Positions 59,148 through 64,000 of a stretch of 64,000 bases of DNA are shown here, one piece after another. Every line of letters begins with the position of its first letter. Position 1 is the first letter of the stretch. Under the pieces are notes generated by a model. That model was not told the origin of the DNA and did no database searches. It saw only the letters and a program-made list of their open reading frames with translations. Both the position numbers and the translations under genes were made by a program. The DNA comes from Thermoplasmata archaeon (GTDB lineage: Archaea; Thermoplasmatota; E2; JACPAO01; JAHFTW01), in the NCBI GenBank assembly GCA_023269235.1, contig JAHFTW010000002.1, positions 6,067-70,066 on the forward strand, in the 5' to 3' direction.

Positions 59148-60059
59148 ATGACTTCCTCCTTTGCGGTTAGCAACAAGGACCATGAGAAGGTCGTCGCCCA
59201 ATGGGAGCTCGAGTACCGGATCCCGGAATCAAAGGGGAGCTCCGTGCTGTCGGCCCAAGCTCAATTCTCCCAGATTTGTAGTGCCTTGAAGGGAATTGTC
59301 AGCCCCGGCAAAACTGCGGTTCCCTTCTCACGTGTCCGCACGGTTCAGGGAGGCGTGCTGCTGCACGGGCCTCCCGGCTGCGGAAAGACCCATTTGGTTC
59401 AGGCCGCCGCTGGCGAACTTGGTCTGCCGCTGTTCGTTGCGCAACCAGCGCACGCAGTGGGAGTCTACTTCGGTGAGACCGGACGTGCATTGACATCCCT
59501 GTTTGAAGCTGGGCAGCGGGTCGCTGCCAAAGGGAAGGGGGCCGTTCTTTTCTTAGACGAGCTGGAAGCGTACGGCCGCAGGAGCGCGAATCCAGATGCC
59601 ATCGCGTACAACATGATGATGGCGAACGTGCTCAAACTCATCGACTTAGCCTCGGCTGCCGAAGGAGGCAATCGATTGGCCATCGTGGGTGCCACGAACA
59701 TGCCGGATGCCTGCGATCCCGCCCTGCTCAGCCGGATGTCAACCCGTCTCGAAATCCCAATTCCGGATTCAATCTCGCGTCGGGCCTTCTTTGAAGGCAA
59801 CATCGCGGACGCCCGCGCTGCGGGGTTCGACATCGACCCGCAAAATCGAATGGAAGCCCTCGTGTCCGCGACTGATGGCTTGAGCACGCGCGCCCTGAGT
59901 CAACTCTTGGACGCCGTGAACGCTCTGGTCCTGTCGGGCGACGGCGCCGCCTCGCTGGGACGCATGGACCTGCTGGACGCGCTAACCATTGTCGTAGAAG
60001 CAAAGGGATCGACTGAAGCGGATCGCCGATTGCGGGAAGGGTTTGGGGGTTACACCTAG
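59148..60059 (+). CDS. single-module classical-clade AAA+ ATPase
   Basis: Walker A GPPGCGKT, pore loop YFG, Walker B LFLDE, SRH ATN....DPALLSR; C-terminus GFGGYT. Confidence 0.88.
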   Translation: MTSSFAVSNKDHEKVVAQWELEYRIPESKGSSVLSAQAQFSQICSALKGIVSPGKTAVPFSRVRTVQGGVLLHGPPGCGKTHLVQAAAGELGLPLFVAQPAHAVGVYFGETGRALTSLFEAGQRVAAKGKGAVLFLDELEAYGRRSANPDAIAYNMMMANVLKLIDLASAAEGGNRLAIVGATNMPDACDPALLSRMSTRLEIPIPDSISRRAFFEGNIADARAAGFDIDPQNRMEALVSATDGLSTRALSQLLDAVNALVLSGDGAASLGRMDLLDALTIVVEAKGSTEADRRLREGFGGYT

Positions 60060-60967
60060 TGTTGCTTCACCGCTTCCCCGACTTCCAACCTCTCCAATTG
60101 CACCATCGAGCCGACGTCGAACTAGCGCTTTCACGCACGAGCGCGTATCTGCCGCCATCTGATTTCCATCCCACCTCGCTCCTGGTGTGGGGAGGAAGCG
60201 CAGCCGGAATCGCGAAGCTCGAGCATGGAATCGTGGTCCGACTCCCCGCCTATATACACGGCCGATCAGATGTTCTCACTTGGTTGGCACCCCACACAAG
60301 CCACGATGAACTTGATGCTCTGACGAAATTTGCTGTCACGGAGGGTTTGTCACTGGAGTTGCTCCCGGAAGCTACCGCTGCCGGTCTGCCTGCCAAAACC
60401 GTCGTGCTTCTGGACACTCCAGGTCACTCCGATTACATTTACGAGACGACGGAGACCGCAACTCTCGTAGGCAATGAATGGCGCAAGAAACGGCGTGATC
60501 TCGAACGGTTCATCGGCGGTGCTGGCCGCAGCGCGCGCACCGGGTTGATGGATCTCGCCAATCCAAAACACCGAAATGAATGTCGCCAACTTTTTGTGGA
60601 GTGGATGTCCCACAAAGGGGGAAAAGCCGCCAACGCCAATGAGTGGCAAGCCTTCGAACGGTTTTCACAAATCGCATACAGCCTGAATCTAACTACGATT
60701 GGCGTATGGCTCAATGGGGCACTCAGTGCATTCTCCATTGGGGAATCCTTCGGTCCAAGCGGAGCCACGTTCCACTTCGAGAAAGCCATGCCCGGAGTAG
60801 CCGGCCTAACCACGCATCTCCGAACCACCCTTTGCCGCGAGCTGGCAAAGAATGGAGCAGACTGGATCAACGGTCAACAAGACCTTGGCGTTCCAGGCCT
60901 CAAGCACTCAAAGCGCTCATGGCAGCCCACGACAATGCTGCAGAAATTTTCCCTGCCGAACCACTAG
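60059..60967 (+). CDS. DUF2156 / phosphatidylglycerol lysyltransferase-like (tandem GNAT) protein
   Basis: SDF...L.VW, DYIY....A.L.G.....KR, HFEKA...V.G, IN..QDLG.PGLK.SK.SW.P. Confidence 0.8.
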   Translation: MLLHRFPDFQPLQLHHRADVELALSRTSAYLPPSDFHPTSLLVWGGSAAGIAKLEHGIVVRLPAYIHGRSDVLTWLAPHTSHDELDALTKFAVTEGLSLELLPEATAAGLPAKTVVLLDTPGHSDYIYETTETATLVGNEWRKKRRDLERFIGGAGRSARTGLMDLANPKHRNECRQLFVEWMSHKGGKAANANEWQAFERFSQIAYSLNLTTIGVWLNGALSAFSIGESFGPSGATFHFEKAMPGVAGLTTHLRTTLCRELAKNGADWINGQQDLGVPGLKHSKRSWQPTTMLQKFSLPNH

Positions 60968-61107
60968 CGGTTAGTCGGCTGCGCGGAAAAGGTTGAAATT
61001 ACTCAAAGTGCCCTCAGACCAGAAAAACACGGAATTTTTCTGCCATTAGAGTGGCGTCTTACAAATTCGTCGACTGGTGCCGTGCTCGTTTTGACCTTTC
61101 GCATACT

Positions 61108-61545
61108 TCAGGGAATTTCGTGATTATTGAGTTTCGCCGCCAGAGATTCTGTAGTTTCCCAGCCTTGTGGTGCCTTCCTACCGTGGGCCTTGTTCCGATG
61201 GCACTGCAACAGCACGGCTTGCTCGAGTTGCAGATTTGGATCGAGCTTCGGATCCAGGAGGTCGTGCGCTTGATACTGGTGAATATCATTCAGGTTGAGT
61301 TGCACGCACTGGACCAAATCTTCCTCCGAGAAGTCAGTTGGCTCCACTGCGCGTTGGGCTTGAACCACGACGAAAAGCAGATTCTCGTTTTCCTTGTGGC
61401 GCACGATTGAACCGGGGGCGAACGACGGCCGAACATTCGTCTTCGAGGCCGGGGTGGCGGGCGAAGGCGTAACAGAATGGCGAGCTTCTTTGGGCAAGGC
61501 TTTGGAGGGCCGCCGGACGGGGATCTTCTTTGTTATTTCAGGCAT
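61108..61545 (-). CDS. hypothetical protein
   Basis: 145-aa ORF, AGAGAAAAGG upstream; F.PG.IVRHK is SH3-like. Confidence 0.5.
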   Translation of the reverse strand: MPEITKKIPVRRPSKALPKEARHSVTPSPATPASKTNVRPSFAPGSIVRHKENENLLFVVVQAQRAVEPTDFSEEDLVQCVQLNLNDIHQYQAHDLLDPKLDPNLQLEQAVLLQCHRNKAHGRKAPQGWETTESLAAKLNNHEIP

Positions 61546-61604
61546 TTCTATGGCCTTTCTCTTGGCAGTCGATTTCTGTCCTCGCTTGGCCGAGGGTTTC
61601 GCCG

Positions 61605-61772
61605 TCAGTCGTCGTAGAGTTTGTCCCGGAAGTCAGCCTCTGCCTCTTCCTTCGTCTTGCCGAACCCCTTGACGAGGTTGCCTTCCTCATCCTTGCCTCG
61701 GGCCACGTAGTAGTCGTGGCCGAAACCGAAGGCTCCGTTCTCCATGCGGATTGATGGGCGAGTTGGGCTCAT
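61605..61772 (-). CDS. small HicB-like protein
   Basis: 55 aa with Y.A......V.G.GKTKEEA motif; GGAG SD. Confidence 0.45.
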   Translation of the reverse strand: MSPTRPSIRMENGAFGFGHDYYVARGKDEEGNLVKGFGKTKEEAEADFRDKLYDD

Positions 61773-61930
61773 GTCATGCTCCAGACAGCATGAATGCATT
61801 CGCAGCATTCAGGATTTCGGCAACTGCAATGCCAGATAACTTCCCGGTAGCGAGATTGGGCCCTCTGGGCGGGACCCAATTGGTCGTTGGGCGCAAGAAA
61901 TGAGTTGAGCCCATCTCTAGCATTCAGTCC

Positions 61931-64000
61931 TTATTGCATCAATTGACGAATCGCTTGATTAGCAAGAAGAATTTCCACGAGTTGCGGCAATTCTTTTTCC
62001 TTTTTCATTGCGAGGCTAACAAGCTGTGCCGAGAGAACCTTATCGCCGCCCTTGGCAGCGAGTACCGCATGCACAAGCATGAGGCCGGGGCTGCACGTCA
62101 GAAGAAGGTCGTTGGCTGGAAGCGCCGGGAGCTTTTGCGCAAATTCCTGCTCAGCTCCAACAAGGATGCTCGCGGCCACGAGTTCAGTCCGCCACCCAAC
62201 AGTGTCCCGCCCCGGTTCTTCGCCCATTTTTTCAATCAATTCTCGAGCGCCCCTCAGAAGCTCCAATGCCGGGGGTAGCAGTTTGGGCGACTGCCCGATT
62301 GCCACGGCAAGAAGCATATCGGCCCCCGGATGCAACGGCGCGTTCTGGTCTGTAGCGTGCTTTTTGCCTTCGGTAACGACGCGGTCCGCACTAACAGGGT
62401 CGCCAACCCGAAGGAGGAAAGCCGCATACTTCGAGCGATATCCAAATGGATTTCCTGCAATTACATCCCCGGCCTTGATCGCATTGCGGAAAGCTGCATC
62501 CGCCTTGAGCCGCATGTGGCCCAACACAATTGAGGTCGAATTGGGAGGCGCTCTCAAGAAACCCGGGGCCACAAATTCGGAGTATGCGTTTGCGTAGGCG
62601 CTATGGAAACGAGTTTCGTTGATTTCCCTGCGACGGGCGTCGTTTGCAAAACAGTGTTGCAAACCGGCAATCGCTTCTTGCGGCCTTCCTCTAAGCGTAA
62701 GGAAGTTTGCAAACTCGACCGCAGTCCCGCCCAGCATCGACGCATGGACTGTCCCGAACTCCAAGCCCTTGCCACCCGGCCAGGCGCTACCCAAGATTTG
62801 CCGGAATAAAGGCTCGGCTTCCGTGGTTCCCGCCAAGTCCCCTCGCTTGGCGAGGGCCTGCGCTAGTCTACGGGCGTTTGCTGCGGTTCGTTGGTTTTGA
62901 AAGGTCTGTCTTATTTCGTCAATAGCTTCGGTTCCCCGAACGAATTGCGCCTTGAATAACTTCAATTTATGTTTGATGGCGGGACTTTCTGGATTGGCAA
63001 CTATAGCCTCGTCAAGGCGGTCAGATGCCTCTTTTTTTCGACCGCGTTCCTGAAGGTGATGAACATGCTGTTCCCACAGGGATTGCGCGGAAGGATGGTC
63101 TTTTAGCCAGGTGTATACGGCTTTCAACACCCCGTTTTTCTGTTCGGCTGATATGGCCAATTTGTCATGGCGACCAAGACTCCAGCCTGCCCATGCAATC
63201 CAGGTCTGCTCCCCCATGTCATCTTGGTTCCGCGTGGTCCAGTCGTTGACCGTCGTGAAGACCTTGCTTGCAAGGTTGAGCAGCGTACTGCGTTCGGCAA
63301 GCTTCAGAGTTGCAACGACCTCCGGCCCGCCTCCATCGTCTTTTTCGAGTCTTTTCAAGAATGCTTCAAGGACCCGCCGTTGATCCGATTCAAGCGGGAG
63401 TACGTCCACGGCGACCTGCCATGCCCCATATGGCAAGCGATAGATGTTGTCTTGCAGGAATGATACCCAGGTTCGGCGATGCCGCAAGCTCGCCTGCATC
63501 GTAGGCTTCGGCTGTCCGTCCTTGTTGGTGTCGCTACAGCATTCGTGGAGCAAAACCGCTGTGGTGCCATCGAGCCCCTCGCTGTTCGCAAGCTCCAAGA
63601 GTTCTGCAAAGGCCTGATCCACATCGTCCTGCACACGTTCGCGTCTCGCGTAATTCAAAATCGCGCTTAGCACAGCTCGATCGTCTGGATGACTGTATAG
63701 CCAGGCCTTTGCGGCGTTTTTGGCAATCGACTTCTCATGGTCTGACCCTTCTCGGCCGTGCGCGGCTTTCAACTGGAGCAAAACATCTTCTGTTGTCTTT
63801 GGAGTCGTTAGCACTATGCGGAGCACCAACTCCTTCGGCGATGCCTCGACGGGAACGGCCGAAGGTGCCATGGCCGCAATCGCACTCGGCGTAATTTGGG
63901 CAACCTCCACTTCCCTCAATTTTATTCGTGATTTCTGCACTTGTTCAGCAGGCAACTCCATCTCAATTCCCTGAAGAACATCTTTCGCCAGTTTACCATG
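61931..64000 (-). CDS. large alpha-helical/TPR-like protein; 5' end outside the window
   Basis: Frame stays open from ATG 63961 to position 64000; TPR-like A..L...G...EA segments. Confidence 0.65.
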   Translation of the reverse strand, partial: HGKLAKDVLQGIEMELPAEQVQKSRIKLREVEVAQITPSAIAAMAPSAVPVEASPKELVLRIVLTTPKTTEDVLLQLKAAHGREGSDHEKSIAKNAAKAWLYSHPDDRAVLSAILNYARRERVQDDVDQAFAELLELANSEGLDGTTAVLLHECCSDTNKDGQPKPTMQASLRHRRTWVSFLQDNIYRLPYGAWQVAVDVLPLESDQRRVLEAFLKRLEKDDGGGPEVVATLKLAERSTLLNLASKVFTTVNDWTTRNQDDMGEQTWIAWAGWSLGRHDKLAISAEQKNGVLKAVYTWLKDHPSAQSLWEQHVHHLQERGRKKEASDRLDEAIVANPESPAIKHKLKLFKAQFVRGTEAIDEIRQTFQNQRTAANARRLAQALAKRGDLAGTTEAEPLFRQILGSAWPGGKGLEFGTVHASMLGGTAVEFANFLTLRGRPQEAIAGLQHCFANDARRREINETRFHSAYANAYSEFVAPGFLRAPPNSTSIVLGHMRLKADAAFRNAIKAGDVIAGNPFGYRSKYAAFLLRVGDPVSADRVVTEGKKHATDQNAPLHPGADMLLAVAIGQSPKLLPPALELLRGARELIEKMGEEPGRDTVGWRTELVAASILVGAEQEFAQKLPALPANDLLLTCSPGLMLVHAVLAAKGGDKVLSAQLVSLAMKKEKELPQLVEILLANQAIRQLMQ

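Larger units (their letters stand above)
57850..64000. mobile_element. lower-GC genomic island, right boundary outside the window
   Basis: Abrupt shift from GC3-rich codons to many A/T-ending codons, judged by eye; no integrase or att site seen. Confidence 0.55.

Overview
High-GC archaeal chromosome segment. The A1Ao ATP synthase, proteasome subunits, DUF531, archaeal RecJ/GAN-type DHH protein, split transketolase and tRNAs without encoded CCA suggest a Thermoplasmatota-like archaeon (inference). It holds about 60 mostly housekeeping or transport genes, two tRNAs (Leu-GAG, Ser-GCT), an ArsR/SRPBCC/DUF1801/VOC small-molecule-response cluster (47.3-57.8 kb) and a lower-GC island from about 57.9 kb to the end. 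Best candidates for new systems: (1) a three-gene RiPP locus at 21.1-23.0 kb, with a 72-aa precursor carrying six KSCGS motifs, a DUF692/MNIO iron enzyme and a partner protein, resembling bacterial thiooxazole metal-binding RiPP loci but lacking a signal peptide; (2) a translationally coupled proteasome beta-alpha pair at 2.4-3.7 kb, with a propeptide-less but catalytically intact beta and a gate-degenerate alpha; (3) an island-borne AAA+ ATPase ending in Tyr-X, coupled to a DUF2156 aminoacyl-transferase-fold gene. Other signals are a structured leader upstream of a DEAD-box helicase, histone-H1-like basic tails on many small proteins, and a missing atpD. All family calls come from motifs recognised by eye. 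No searches were run, and refined start codons are my best estimates.
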